From positions 1 to 16,080 of the forward strand of contig PBHC01000020.1 of the NCBI GenBank assembly GCA_002719295.1: a stretch of DNA of 16,080 bases, in the 5' to 3' direction. Positions within the stretch are counted from its first letter, which is position 1; every line of letters starts with the position of its first letter. This DNA comes from Chloroflexota bacterium. Its GTDB lineage: Bacteria > Chloroflexota > Dehalococcoidia > Lucifugimonadales > Lucifugimonadaceae. Below are positions 14,801 to 16,080 of the stretch, in pieces. Below the pieces are notes generated by a model that searched no databases, was not told the origin of the DNA, and saw only the letters and a list, made by a program, of their open reading frames with translations. Position numbers and translations under genes: made by a program.

Positions 14801-15895
14801 TTAAAAAATTACTAACCCTCTAGCTAATTCTCCTTTTTCTAGAGCATCAAATCCTTCATTTATTTCTTCAATTTTATAAGTTTTACTAATCATTTCATCT
14901 AAAAAGAGTTCTCCATTCATATATAAATTTGCTAGTCTTGGAAAATCTATTCTTGGTCTACTTTTACCATAAGATGTTCTTATAATTTCTCTTTCTCCCA
15001 TCATAGTATAAAAAGGAAGATTTATTTCTACTCCATATGGAGTTTTTCCTAAAATAACTATTCTTGCACCTGGTCTTGAACATTCTAATGTTTGTCTAAT
15101 TGTTTCGTTTTGACCTGCAGATTCTATAGCATAGTCAACTCCTCTACCATCAGTTAATTCTGCACAGAATTCAACTGGGTTTATATTTTTTGAATTGACG
15201 GTATGAGTAGCTCCAACTCTTCTTGCAAAATCTAGTTTGTTGTCAAAAATATCTACTGCAATAATTTTAGATGCCCCAGATATTCTAGCTCCTTGTATAG
15301 CACTAAGACCCACTGCTCCACAACCAATAACAACAACTGAAGTTTCAGGCTTAATATTTCCAGCGTATACAGCTCCTCCGTATCCTGTCATCACTGCGCA
15401 TCCTAGTAAAGCAGCTCTATCTAATGGGAAATCTTCCCTTATTTTAACTGCAGCTTGTTTTGGGATTATAGTGTATTCTGCATGAGATGATACTAGGCTG
15501 TAATAATGAATTTTTTCACCGTTAATTGATGCTCTAGTAGTTCCATCAAATAGAACTCCTCGAGAGTTAGCTTTTTTTTGAACCTCACATAATATTGGTT
15601 GACCATTATCACAATAGAAACAAATCCCACAATTTGGGTTCCACGAGCAAATTACATGATCTCCAACTTTCACATGATCAACGCCTTCTCCTACTGCCTC
15701 AACAACTCCTGCCCCCTCATGTCCAATAATTGCAGGAAGATTAACTGGTTGATAGCCGTGCATAGTCTCCCAGTCAGTATGGCATAAACCACTTGCAGAA
15801 ATTTTAACCATTACTTCGTCTTTTTTTGGTTCAGAGATATCTACATTTTCAACTGATAATTTTCCTTTTGTTTCAAAAAGAACTGCAGCTTTCAT
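14801..15895 (-). CDS. Zn-dependent alcohol dehydrogenase (MDR superfamily, class III/FDH-like)
   Basis: GLCHTD, GHEGAG, structural Zn site CGICFYC...LC, GCAVMTG and the Rossmann motif GCGAVG. SD GAAAGGA upstream. Confidence 0.95.
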   Translation of the reverse strand: MKAAVLFETKGKLSVENVDISEPKKDEVMVKISASGLCHTDWETMHGYQPVNLPAIIGHEGAGVVEAVGEGVDHVKVGDHVICSWNPNCGICFYCDNGQPILCEVQKKANSRGVLFDGTTRASINGEKIHYYSLVSSHAEYTIIPKQAAVKIREDFPLDRAALLGCAVMTGYGGAVYAGNIKPETSVVVIGCGAVGLSAIQGARISGASKIIAVDIFDNKLDFARRVGATHTVNSKNINPVEFCAELTDGRGVDYAIESAGQNETIRQTLECSRPGARIVILGKTPYGVEINLPFYTMMGEREIIRTSYGKSRPRIDFPRLANLYMNGELFLDEMISKTYKIEEINEGFDALEKGELARGLVIF

Positions 15896-16001
15896 GTATC
15901 ATCCTTTCAAATAGAAATTAGTTTTTTTATAACTATATTACAAAAATAATAAATATGACTGAATTATCTCTATTTAAATCTTGGTAAGAAATCGGGGAAT
16001 T

Positions 16002-16077
<76 letters not shown>

Positions 16078-16080
16078 ATA

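Noticed and set aside
406..15787. Short ORFs antisense to or overlapping real genes (406-636, 2632-2955, 3570-3842, 5489-5710, 6122-6316, 6743-6958, 7732-7986, 11121-11360, 11874-12089, 13609-13824, 13992-14186, 15237-15485, 15599-15787)
   Set aside because: They lie opposite well-supported CDSs and have no recognisable motifs, as expected of shadow ORFs.

Overview
A very AT-rich, densely packed bacterial chromosomal segment. Gene content (lipoprotein PstS, paired acyl-CoA dehydrogenases, Dpp/Opp permeases, a 226-aa hypothetical of a type I recall from Dehalococcoidia) suggests a low-GC SAR202/Dehalococcoidia (Chloroflexota) genome; this is inference. The + strand carries dppB (5'-truncated) and dppC, a conserved hypothetical, a stand-alone pstS, a PlsY-paralog/GT2 glycosyltransferase pair, two acyl-CoA dehydrogenases and a PmtA-like methyltransferase. 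The - strand then carries a tightly packed operon of unknown function: a 992-aa exported, C-terminally anchored, Met-rich protein with seven Cys-paired helical repeats, a 4TM + bacterial PH-domain protein, a 3TM coiled-coil protein, and a cupin whose frame lacks a canonical start. Divergent cvpA, nudC, a Zn-dependent alcohol dehydrogenase and tRNA-Gly(TCC) complete the window. The 8402-13051 operon is the best candidate for an undescribed cell-surface system. I saw no CRISPR array, mobile element or rRNA.
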